From positions 1-55,173 of the forward strand of contig CAJWHW010000011.1 in assembly GCA_913040915.1 (NCBI GenBank): DNA of 55,173 nucleotides, in the 5' to 3' direction. Shown here in pieces: positions 1-9,112 of this stretch; position 1 is the stretch's first letter, and the number at the start of each line of letters is the position of its first letter. The DNA comes from an uncultured Fidelibacterota bacterium (GTDB lineage: Bacteria > Fidelibacterota > Marinisomatia > Marinisomatales > UBA1611). The position numbers were made by a program, and so were the translations under genes. The notes beneath the pieces are model-generated. The model was not told the origin of the DNA. It saw nothing but the letters and a program-made list of their open reading frames with translations, and searched no databases.

Positions 1-151
1 GTAAGTTGAGTTAATGGATTATGTTTTCAAATGCTTTGCGGGGAATACGGATTAACAAACCACTTTAATATGCCATACGCCTATAGGTGTGTACCCCATT
101 TTTGTGTACCCATTTAGGGTATTAATGATTAGAAAAGATTAAAGATGAAAC

Positions 152-184
152 AAAAAAGCCCCGCAGTTAAGCGAGGCTTTTATT
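152..184 (-). terminator. Rho-independent terminator downstream of tRNA-Asp
   Basis: Minus strand AAAGCCUCGC-UUAACU-GCGGGGCUUU hairpin (one G-U pair) followed by a U-run, ~30 nt 3' of the tRNA; A/T tracts on both sides suggest it may be bidirectional. Confidence 0.75.
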
Positions 185-212
185 GAGAGACAAATGGTAT
201 TTACTCTCTGTG

Positions 213-543
<331 letters not shown>

Positions 544-616
544 AGCGACGAGAAAATTAAGGTTTTATCAATAGTGCCCAAAGTGATTTTTATACTAAAT
601 ATTTTAAGAATCAGAA

Positions 617-647
617 TTGACTTAACTTGACGTAAAACCATAAATTT
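617..647 (+). promoter_or_regulatory. Putative housekeeping promoter for mltG operon (TTGACT-N18-TAAATTT)
   Basis: Near-consensus -35/-10 boxes 11 nt upstream of the mltG ATG; same architecture upstream of nuoA. Confidence 0.5.
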
Positions 648-658
648 GCCGCCCTTAA

Positions 659-1693
659 ATGATCGATATTTTTAAGAAAAATTCGATATTTCTCTATGCA
701 GGGATTATCACTGTATCAGCAATGTTTGCACTGATAGTCCTAGTTTTATTCTGGCCACAACCAAATCCAAATGTTTTGATTAAAATAACAGTAAAACCTG
801 GTTCGACGCTAAGCGTTATTGGACATCAGCTTTATAAAAAAAAAGTAATTTCCAATGAACAAATGTTTCGGTGGGCTGTGCAAATCATGGGGAAGGAAAA
901 ACAAATCCCCATTGGCACCTTTCAATTGAATAATACGCGGTCTAATTATGATATCATAAAACAACTGGTGTATGGGAGACCTGAAGTGAAAAAGGTTCAA
1001 TTGCTGGAAGGCTGGTCTGTGAAGCAAATTGCTGAACATTTAAACAAAGTAATGGGTTTTGATACGAAGGAAATCTTAGAATTGAGCCGGGATAAGAATT
1101 TCTTAAAAAAACACAATATAGAAGCACCAACAATTGAAGGATATCTTTTTCCGGATACTTATTTATTTTTTGAAGGGGATTCTCCAACATCAGTTTTAGA
1201 TTACCTAGTTAATGAATATAAAAAATTTTGGAAGGGAGCATTTCGAGACCGAGCAGAAGAATTAAATATGACAGAGCACGAGGTAGTTACATTGGCTTCT
1301 ATCATTGAAGGAGAAGCCATCTATGATAGTGAACGGCCAACAATCTCAGGTGTCTATCACAACAGGCTTGACATCGGGATGAAATTGCAAGCTGACCCCA
1401 CAATTCAGTATATTATCGATGACGGCCCCAGACGTTTATTGAATAAAGATTTAAGAATTGATTCACCCTATAATACTTATTTGTATACAGGATTACCCCC
1501 AGGACCAATAAATTCCCCAGGTGAAAAATCTTTGATAGCTGCCTTATATCCAGATGAAAATGAATTTTATTTCTTTGTTGCAAGTGGAGATGGTTATCAT
1601 ACATTTACTTCTAATGAGAGAGACCATAATCAGGCAAAAAGAAAGTTGCAGAGATTAAGAAGAGAATTAAGCAAAAAGAAACGCCAAAAATGA
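659..1693 (+). CDS. mltG: Endolytic transglycosylase MltG (YceG family)
   Basis: N-terminal TM; EGYLFPDTY, LASIIEGE, LQADPT, SPYNTY, GLPPGPI motifs. Confidence 0.95.
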   Translation: MIDIFKKNSIFLYAGIITVSAMFALIVLVLFWPQPNPNVLIKITVKPGSTLSVIGHQLYKKKVISNEQMFRWAVQIMGKEKQIPIGTFQLNNTRSNYDIIKQLVYGRPEVKKVQLLEGWSVKQIAEHLNKVMGFDTKEILELSRDKNFLKKHNIEAPTIEGYLFPDTYLFFEGDSPTSVLDYLVNEYKKFWKGAFRDRAEELNMTEHEVVTLASIIEGEAIYDSERPTISGVYHNRLDIGMKLQADPTIQYIIDDGPRRLLNKDLRIDSPYNTYLYTGLPPGPINSPGEKSLIAALYPDENEFYFFVASGDGYHTFTSNERDHNQAKRKLQRLRRELSKKKRQK

Positions 1694-3861
1694 GTTTAAA
1701 AAAATTAAATAAAATACAACGTGATGCTGTAGAAGCTACAGATGGACCAATTCTAATCTTTGCTGGTGCTGGAAGCGGAAAGACTCGGGTTCTGACTCAT
1801 AAAATGTATCATCTAATCCAGGAAGGTTTTTATAATCCTGAAAACATTCTTGCAGTTACTTTTACTAATAAAGCTGCGAAGGAAATGAAGGAACGGGTAA
1901 TGTCGTTATTGAAAACTGAAGAACTACCAATTACCATTGGGACATTCCATTCAGTATGTGCACGGATGCTGCGGAAGGAAGCAAAAAAAATAGATCTGTC
2001 ACCACAATTTGCAATTTATGATGTTCAGGATCAGATGGATCTGCTAAAAGTTGTCCTAAAGGAACTAAATATTGCAAAGGACACATTGACGCCAAATCTT
2101 GCCCGGAATCGTATCAGCTATTTTAAAAATAAAATGATTACTCCAAGTGACCAAGCACGGAAAGCCAGAACAATACTTGAAAAAACCGTAGTCGATGTAT
2201 ATCGCTCCTACCAGAAAGCATTACGTGAAAATGATGCACTTGATTTTGATGATCTTCTTTTATATCCACTAGAATTATTTGATAAAAACCCAAATGTTCT
2301 TACAAAATATCAGAAACAATGGCAATATATTCTAGTAGATGAATATCAGGACACAAATCGACCTCAATACCATTTTCTGACCCGGCTTTCAGAGAAAAAT
2401 CAGCAGATTTGTGTCGTTGGTGATGACGACCAATCCATTTATGGATGGCGGGGTGCAGATGTATCAAATATTCTGGACTTTGAGAAATTTTTTCCAAGCT
2501 GTCGGGTTTTCACACTTGAAAAAAATTATCGTTCCACCCAACAGATACTTGATGCAGCTACTTCTGTAGTGATACATAATAATCGCCGGACAAAAAAGAA
2601 CCTTGTGGCTGCAAATGGTTCAGGTGAGCTCATAGGATTATTTGAAACGAGGGATGAATTAGAAGAGGCAGATGCAATTATCTCCGCTTTGGAAAAAGAA
2701 ATTAAATTAAATAAACGAACTTTCTCTCATTTTTCAGTCCTTTATAGGACAAATGCACAATCCCGCGCTTTAGAGGATAGTTTCAGGCGAATGGGTATCC
2801 CATATAATATTGTGGGCAGTATTCGATTTTATGATCGGAAAGAGGTTAAAGATGTTTTGGCTTATTTACGTTTAGTGATCAATCTGAGAGATACAATTTC
2901 TCTGCGCCGGATCGTGAATTTTCCCCCTCGTGGGATTGGAATGAAAACCATGGATAAATGTGTAGAGCGTGCGGATCAAGAAAAACATGAACTTTTTGAG
3001 ATATTGAAGGATGCAGAAAAATTATCAATTCGTGGGAAACAGACTAATGCACTCTTATCCTTTTATAAACTGATTAAAAAGTACCATGATTTAAGAGATA
3101 AATTAAGTGCCAGTGAATTAGCACGTAGTCTGATTGAAGAAGCCGGTGTAATTCAATTATTTAAGAAATCACAGGATCAGAATGATCGGGAACGACTGGA
3201 AAATATATTTGAACTTCTGAATAGTATTGATGAGTTTTGTTTAAAACGAACTGATTCTACGCTCAGTGATTTTCTTGAAGAAGTTTCATTATTATCGGAT
3301 ATTGACCATTGGAATGATTCTGACAATCGTGTTACACTAATGACAGTGCATTCTTCAAAAGGTCTGGAATTCCCGGTTGTATTTGTCTCAGGCCTTGATG
3401 ATGGTTTGTTCCCTCTTTTCAATACTATGGATACGAAGGAAGGACTTGAAGAAGAAAGAAGGTTATTCTATGTAGCTTTGACAAGAGCACAAGAGCGGGT
3501 TTTTCTTCTCTATGCAACCAATCGCAGAAGAATGGGTGGAGAAAATGTTGTGGGTCTACCAAGCAGATTCATTAATGAAATACCCAATGATTATTTAGAC
3601 AGAATAGAATTTCAATCTGCCCTTACCAGACGCGTAGTCGGCGGTTCATTACAAAAGAAAACCAAGGTTACAATTACAAGGACTGTTACAACTTTTGATG
3701 ATTTTAAAGTAGGTGACTTAGTAGAACATTCCATATTCGGTACCGGTAAGATTATGGTTTTAAGTGGAACAGGCGAGAACCAGCGAGTAGGCGTAGTATT
3801 TAAAGATGGTACTAAGAAGAAACTTATTGTCAAGTATGCAAACCTAACAAAAATTAGTTAG
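1690..3861 (+). CDS. pcrA: UvrD/PcrA ATP-dependent DNA helicase
   Basis: AGAGSGKT, VDEYQD, VGDDDQSIYGWRGA, LEKNYRST, MTVHSSKGLEF, EERRLFYVALTRA; C-terminal Tudor-like domain (HSIFGTG). Confidence 0.95.
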   Translation: MSLKKLNKIQRDAVEATDGPILIFAGAGSGKTRVLTHKMYHLIQEGFYNPENILAVTFTNKAAKEMKERVMSLLKTEELPITIGTFHSVCARMLRKEAKKIDLSPQFAIYDVQDQMDLLKVVLKELNIAKDTLTPNLARNRISYFKNKMITPSDQARKARTILEKTVVDVYRSYQKALRENDALDFDDLLLYPLELFDKNPNVLTKYQKQWQYILVDEYQDTNRPQYHFLTRLSEKNQQICVVGDDDQSIYGWRGADVSNILDFEKFFPSCRVFTLEKNYRSTQQILDAATSVVIHNNRRTKKNLVAANGSGELIGLFETRDELEEADAIISALEKEIKLNKRTFSHFSVLYRTNAQSRALEDSFRRMGIPYNIVGSIRFYDRKEVKDVLAYLRLVINLRDTISLRRIVNFPPRGIGMKTMDKCVERADQEKHELFEILKDAEKLSIRGKQTNALLSFYKLIKKYHDLRDKLSASELARSLIEEAGVIQLFKKSQDQNDRERLENIFELLNSIDEFCLKRTDSTLSDFLEEVSLLSDIDHWNDSDNRVTLMTVHSSKGLEFPVVFVSGLDDGLFPLFNTMDTKEGLEEERRLFYVALTRAQERVFLLYATNRRRMGGENVVGLPSRFINEIPNDYLDRIEFQSALTRRVVGGSLQKKTKVTITRTVTTFDDFKVGDLVEHSIFGTGKIMVLSGTGENQRVGVVFKDGTKKKLIVKYANLTKIS

Positions 3862-3914
3862 ATATATTACAGTTTCATGTAAGTAATAAGATTTCTAATT
3901 TATAATGGGGGCTA

Positions 3915-4349
3915 ATGTTATTTATGAATAAACAAAATATTCAAAAATTAAAAGATATACTTAGAAAAGAAAATTTAAGATATACAATTCAAAGGCAGGC
4001 TATTTGGGATGAGATTCGTAACTCTCAAGAGCATAGGGATGCAGAGGATATATACTTAAGTATACGCAACAACGAGTGCAATGTATCTAGGGCAACTGTA
4101 TACAGAACCATTGATGTATTAGTAAAAAATCGCTTGGTACGAAAAATGGATGTTGGTAATGGTCGCAGTCTTTATGAGCCAAGGCTAGATGATGGCCACC
4201 ATGACCATATGATTTGTACAGAAACCGGCGATATTATAGAGTTCTTCAACGAAAATTTGGAAAATTTACAGGAAAAAATTGCCAATGATTATGGATACAC
4301 AGTCATACGGCATGTTCATCAATTATTTGTAAAACCACTAAAGAAATAA
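3915..4349 (+). CDS. fur: Fur-family metal-responsive transcriptional regulator
   Basis: LRYTIQR, H-x-DAEDIY, SRATVYRT, HHDHMIC; start could be the second Met (3924). Confidence 0.9.
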   Translation: MLFMNKQNIQKLKDILRKENLRYTIQRQAIWDEIRNSQEHRDAEDIYLSIRNNECNVSRATVYRTIDVLVKNRLVRKMDVGNGRSLYEPRLDDGHHDHMICTETGDIIEFFNENLENLQEKIANDYGYTVIRHVHQLFVKPLKK

Positions 4350-4477
4350 ATACAACTTTTCTTGATCTTGACCTGCATCAATTTGGCAGAGTTTCTTCCT
4401 TTGGTGGTGACCCAAGTTTTAATGCTCGGTTCCTAGAAATGGGATTTTTGGTTGGCTTAAAAGTTCGCATCATTTAA
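4346..4477 (+). pseudogene. feoA: Truncated FeoA (ferrous iron transport protein A) remnant
   Basis: Frame not in the ORF track: (I)NTTFLDLDLHQFGRVSSFGGDPSFNARFLEMGFLVGLKVRII*, matching the FeoA R-x-LEMG-x-x-x-G-x-x-V signature; first codon ATA overlaps the fur stop; ends after 43 codons. Confidence 0.7.
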
Positions 4478-4488
4478 AACATGCGATA

Positions 4489-4977
4489 CTAAATAATCTT
4501 TTTGTGCAATTTAATTAAGCCGTTTATAGATTGTCCGCGTTCCTCATACCCCAATTTGCTATATAGATTTTTTGCAGGTACATTTTTTGGGACTAAAAAT
4601 ATTGAAAATGACTGTGCACCAAGTTGTTTTCCGTAAGTCTCCATTTCTTTTGTAATTCTTTGAGCCAAACCTTTATTTCTAAATTGGGGGTCTATAAACA
4701 AATGGAAAAGATAACAATTCTTTCTTTCTAACCTAAGGTGCATACTTAAATAGCCTATAATCCAGAGATCTTTTTTTAAAATAGTTGTTATCGTTTGTTC
4801 GGTTTGGTAGGATAATTTGAGCCATTCCTTAAATTGAAAGGGAAAAGACATTCTGGGATCAACAAAATTCAGAGATTTTGGATCTTTAAACCAGTTTTTA
4901 AGTACAGCTTCCAAAATTCGAGAATCTTCTTTACGTGAATAAGAGATTTCTTCTAGAGTATATTCTAGATCAGTCAT
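4489..4977 (-). CDS. GNAT-family N-acetyltransferase
   Basis: LFIDPQFRNKGLA (motif A) and NVPAKNLYSKLGY (motif B). Confidence 0.9.
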   Translation of the reverse strand: MTDLEYTLEEISYSRKEDSRILEAVLKNWFKDPKSLNFVDPRMSFPFQFKEWLKLSYQTEQTITTILKKDLWIIGYLSMHLRLERKNCYLFHLFIDPQFRNKGLAQRITKEMETYGKQLGAQSFSIFLVPKNVPAKNLYSKLGYEERGQSINGLIKLHKKII

Positions 4978-5025
4978 TACAGAATTTACAAGGATTTGAA
5001 TCGTAAGATTTTTAATAATTAAAAC

Positions 5026-5988
5026 ATGAAAAAACTAACACCCATTGAAAAATTTAAAGAAGGAAATACGGTTCAAGGATTTTATCTTTGCGTTGAAAAA
5101 CATATACGCTATACCCGTAGCGGTGATCTATACCTTGATTTGGAACTACGGGATATTTCAGGCCATATTTCTGCAAAAATTTGGGATAATGTAAACGTAT
5201 TAAATGAAAAATTTGATTCCGGTAATGCAGTGGTTGTATCAGGAAATGTGGAATCTTTTATGGATCGTTTACAATTGGTTATACGCAAAATAAACAGAGC
5301 AACAGTTCAGCATTACAGCCGCTATGGATTTGATCCTGCATTGGTAGTCCCTACTTCGAAAAAGGATCCTCAAAAAATGTGGGTGGCAGTTGAAAAACTG
5401 ATTGATGGAATGAAAAATAAATATCTACAAACACTAGTTTCTAATATCTACAGATCTAATAAGAAAAAACTTTTGTTTCATCCAGCTTCGGTAAAAATGC
5501 ATCATAATTTCCGATCAGGTTTATTGGAACATGGTTTAACCATGGGTACTATTGCCAGAAAAATTTCATTTTTGTATGATGTGAACCAAGATTTAGTACT
5601 GGCTGGTGTTTTACTATATGATATAGGTAAACTGGAAGAAATCAATTCCGAGTATCAGATCGATTATACTGAACAGGGGAATCTTATTGGGCATATTGTA
5701 ATTGGTCGTGATATGGTACGAGAAGAAATAAATAAAATCAGGAATTTCCCTGAAAACCTTGCCGAAAAAATTGAACACATTATTTTATCTCACCAAGATA
5801 AGAATGAATGGAAATCCTCAAATATACCTTCTTTTCCCGAAGCACTTTTAGTTCATTTGATCGATCTGATGGATGCAAAAATGAATTTAATGGAAATCGC
5901 GTTGACTGAAGACCAGGAACTAGGAAAATTTACCAACCGCCACAACTATTTCCGTATCCCACTTCTCAAAAAAGATGAATCTGAATAA
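5026..5988 (+). CDS. yhaM: YhaM/Cbf1-like OB-fold + HD-domain 3'-5' exoribonuclease (HD motif altered to YD)
   Basis: N-terminal OB fold (LELRDISGHISAKIWD), HH...GLLEH, LLYDIGK, GNLIGHI, PEALLVHLIDLMDAKM. Confidence 0.85.
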   Translation: MKKLTPIEKFKEGNTVQGFYLCVEKHIRYTRSGDLYLDLELRDISGHISAKIWDNVNVLNEKFDSGNAVVVSGNVESFMDRLQLVIRKINRATVQHYSRYGFDPALVVPTSKKDPQKMWVAVEKLIDGMKNKYLQTLVSNIYRSNKKKLLFHPASVKMHHNFRSGLLEHGLTMGTIARKISFLYDVNQDLVLAGVLLYDIGKLEEINSEYQIDYTEQGNLIGHIVIGRDMVREEINKIRNFPENLAEKIEHIILSHQDKNEWKSSNIPSFPEALLVHLIDLMDAKMNLMEIALTEDQELGKFTNRHNYFRIPLLKKDESE

Positions 5989-6496
5989 ATTAGTCCGTGC
6001 TGCAATTTTTGCTGCAATGGCCATCGGTTTGGGTTTCATGTTCATGCTTGTTCCTAATCTCGAATTTATGTCAGTCACAATATTTTTATCTGGATTGACA
6101 TTGGGAGTTCCATATGGTGCCATAGTTGGAGCAGTTGCAATATTGATTTATTCTATTATGAACCCATTGGGATCTGGATTAATCTATGTAACATTACTGA
6201 TGGGCCAGATTTTAGCCATGTCAGGAATCGGCATTGCAGGAGGTTGTTCAGCAGCAATAATTCATCAATTTTCTCCAAGGTTAACGGCAGTTATCTCAGG
6301 GGGAATAGGTTTTATTTGTAGTTTATGGTATGATGGTGTCACAACATTAGCCTATCCAATAAGCGCAGGATATGATTGGGATGAAACAGTTGCATATGCA
6401 GTTTCAGGAATATTTTTCACTTCAATACATCTTTTGTCAAATACAGTCATTTTTTCAATTGTTATACCAGGTTACCTAAAGCGAATACATTCATAA
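5975..6496 (+). CDS. ECF transporter S-component, CbrT-like (possibly cobalamin)
   Basis: 173 aa, very hydrophobic (~5-6 TM), AxxxA in helix 1 (AIFAA), PN in loop 1, G-x-x-YGAIVG. Confidence 0.65.
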   Translation: MNLNKLVRAAIFAAMAIGLGFMFMLVPNLEFMSVTIFLSGLTLGVPYGAIVGAVAILIYSIMNPLGSGLIYVTLLMGQILAMSGIGIAGGCSAAIIHQFSPRLTAVISGGIGFICSLWYDGVTTLAYPISAGYDWDETVAYAVSGIFFTSIHLLSNTVIFSIVIPGYLKRIHS

Positions 6497-6497
6497 T

Positions 6498-8099
6498 ATG
6501 AAAAGATTTTATCTTTTTATTTTCATTTCTATTATATCTGCCCAACAGATTGATAAAATACCTTATGATTGGGGTGGACAATTTGGATATATAAATAAAA
6601 ATGGATCCTTATTCTGGAATGAAGATTGGAACTCAAACGGGTTATTTTTTGACGGAACTTGGACTAATTATCCAAGAATGTTTGGTCATCAAATAGAAGA
6701 AAATTTTCTACAAAAAGAACCTTATCATTCTCAAAATTATCGTGCAGATACTTCGTTGACTACAACATGGTTTAAATATGATCAAGGTGATTACTTATTA
6801 GATCGATTTTCAATGGGTGCTAATTATAATAATAAAAACCGTCAAGTACAGTTCCATGGTTTCAAACGGTCCTATGCTGGTGGAATTTATAATCCTTATG
6901 AGAGTGGTTCAGTACAGCCAATTCAGCAAACTTATACATTTTCTTATTTATCTCAAAAAGGGCAGGATGATGGTGGAATTTCAATCGGATATTTTAATAC
7001 GCACTCTGGAATAGCTGATTCCACAGCCCTTGGACTGATTGATAACCGCATTACGACTGCCAGTACATTTTGGAAGAGAAATATGGGCCAACTTGTATCA
7101 AATCTTAGTTTAAATAATTTTCTTCAGAGATATGATGCAAATCATTCATTATCAATATATAGGGGAATTAGATATTTAACAAGATCTAAAATATTTGGTG
7201 GCTTAATTCTGACTAGAAAAGATCAAACTGTTTTATCTGCCAGTTTGGAAATTAACCAAAGAAATACAAGAGTTGATACATCAATAACTGTGAATTGGAT
7301 CCGCTGGAATATTTTGGCTGAATGGAGCAAATTGAGATTGGATTTAGGTATTGTAAGTGGCGATGATAAAATGGAACCAGAAATTTTTTTCGAATATAAA
7401 AATTATTTTGGGCAACTTTCTGGTTCTGTCCATTTTAATAGAAGTGTAAGGCCACGCCATGTTTACTATAATATCATTCAAGGGTATCCTGAAAATTTAT
7501 TTACACAAAACACTACCATTCATACTGAAATGGAATGGGAAACTGGAAAAAATCACATTGCATTATTTGCTACTTCAACTCAGCGTGAAATACCATTATT
7601 ATCACCAGACGAAAGTAAAATAGCCGAGAATATTTTTATTGGATGTAATTATGCAGGAAATTATTTTTTAAATTTTCAATTTAATCTTAAATATTCCCAT
7701 CAATTAATGAAGAATGAAATATCAGATGGAATTGCTGATAAAATTCAAATGAATATGAAGAACCAATTTCAATTATTTAATGGTTTTATGCTCTTGGATG
7801 GTGAAATCAAAATCACTGGGTGGTTAAATAGAGATTGGCAGATGGTGATGCACCCAATTGAAATGATTCCCTTCGACTATGCTGATACCTTTGAAAGTTT
7901 AGATGATATCTGGTTTGTTAATGCATCTCTAACTGCAAATGTATCCACTTTCAAGGTAAAATATGAATGGATTAATATTAATGAAATGATATTAGCATCT
8001 TTAGGATCTTTAGAAGATAATTTTTTTGAAATACACCCCATGATACCAAAATTGGGTAGACAAGTTATTTTATCCGTAGAGTGGCATTTCCTTAATTAA
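6498..8099 (+). CDS. Putative outer-membrane beta-barrel protein (putative porin-like)
   Basis: Signal peptide, aromatic-rich alternating strands, C-terminal LSVEWHFLN resembling FCB putative porins. Confidence 0.55.
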   Translation: MKRFYLFIFISIISAQQIDKIPYDWGGQFGYINKNGSLFWNEDWNSNGLFFDGTWTNYPRMFGHQIEENFLQKEPYHSQNYRADTSLTTTWFKYDQGDYLLDRFSMGANYNNKNRQVQFHGFKRSYAGGIYNPYESGSVQPIQQTYTFSYLSQKGQDDGGISIGYFNTHSGIADSTALGLIDNRITTASTFWKRNMGQLVSNLSLNNFLQRYDANHSLSIYRGIRYLTRSKIFGGLILTRKDQTVLSASLEINQRNTRVDTSITVNWIRWNILAEWSKLRLDLGIVSGDDKMEPEIFFEYKNYFGQLSGSVHFNRSVRPRHVYYNIIQGYPENLFTQNTTIHTEMEWETGKNHIALFATSTQREIPLLSPDESKIAENIFIGCNYAGNYFLNFQFNLKYSHQLMKNEISDGIADKIQMNMKNQFQLFNGFMLLDGEIKITGWLNRDWQMVMHPIEMIPFDYADTFESLDDIWFVNASLTANVSTFKVKYEWININEMILASLGSLEDNFFEIHPMIPKLGRQVILSVEWHFLN

Positions 8100-9112
8100 T
8101 TATCAATTGAGACAAAATCTCCTGGTATAGAGCCAACAGTAAATTGATTTACCAGCGTACCATCATGATTTGTTACAAAAACCGTATCCGGTGCTACATA
8201 ATCCGTTATTCCGAAATAAATGTAATCCTCATCTGAGCTACCGGAATATACACCTGATTGATTCCCTATTATTTGATCTATATCTAAAGACAAGTCATTT
8301 TTGATTTTTGCTATTCCGGTTACTGTCAACCTGTACAAATTACCATCAATTATAATAAGATCATTTTTAATAACAGAATTAGCTCCGTTTTCATTTTTGG
8401 TTACATCTCCTGTTACAAGATTAATTTTTGAAAGGCCGGTGTAGGTGCTGTAATCAGCGCCGTAGTACGTACTAGCCACGTACAGATAGCCACCCAGCAA
8501 TTCTATGTCTTCGGGACCGTTAATTACTTCATAGGATGTTGCAATTTCAAGAGTTGTTGTATTGATTTGCACCACAGTATTTGCAGGTGACCAATCTGAA
8601 TTTGATGGGATAGATGCAAACAAACTCGTGCCATTAAGAATCAAATCTTCAGGCATTCCAGGAACTGGAATTGAATCTATAACTGATAGGGTTGTTAAAT
8701 CAATCAGAAGAATAGCTTCCAAATTCCAACAGGACAAATAGCCTATTGTACCACTGGCAGCAAAATATCTAGGGCTGGCATTATTTAAAGTTAATGTTTC
8801 ACTGTGTGTTATTTCATCACCAAGGTCAAATACTTCAACTTTATGACTATTGTTGACAACAACGTATAATCTATTTTCATGAATTGTCATGGATTGTGCA
8901 ACATCTCCCAAAGACGACCCTCCAAGTATTTGAGTTTCTGAAATGGATTCATTTGGGGCAATAGACCATAATGCAGCATTATTGCTTCCAAAATTTCCTT
9001 CACAGAGAACAAAAACTTTTGGGTTGCCATTGATTTCCTGATCATCTTCATTTAATTCGCATCCAGTAAAGATGAGTAGAATGAAAGAAAAGAATGAAAT
9101 GGTTTTTTTCAT
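8096..9112 (-). CDS. btuG: BtuG-like (YncE/DUF5074) surface beta-propeller lipoprotein, cobalamin-binding
   Basis: Lipobox FTGC followed by acidic ELNEDD; motifs EGNF, LGDVAQSM, VVNNSH and SPRY characteristic of Bacteroides BtuG; downstream of the TBDT and B12 riboswitch. Confidence 0.8.
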   Translation of the reverse strand: MKKTISFFSFILLIFTGCELNEDDQEINGNPKVFVLCEGNFGSNNAALWSIAPNESISETQILGGSSLGDVAQSMTIHENRLYVVVNNSHKVEVFDLGDEITHSETLTLNNASPRYFAASGTIGYLSCWNLEAILLIDLTTLSVIDSIPVPGMPEDLILNGTSLFASIPSNSDWSPANTVVQINTTTLEIATSYEVINGPEDIELLGGYLYVASTYYGADYSTYTGLSKINLVTGDVTKNENGANSVIKNDLIIIDGNLYRLTVTGIAKIKNDLSLDIDQIIGNQSGVYSGSSDEDYIYFGITDYVAPDTVFVTNHDGTLVNQFTVGSIPGDFVSIDN

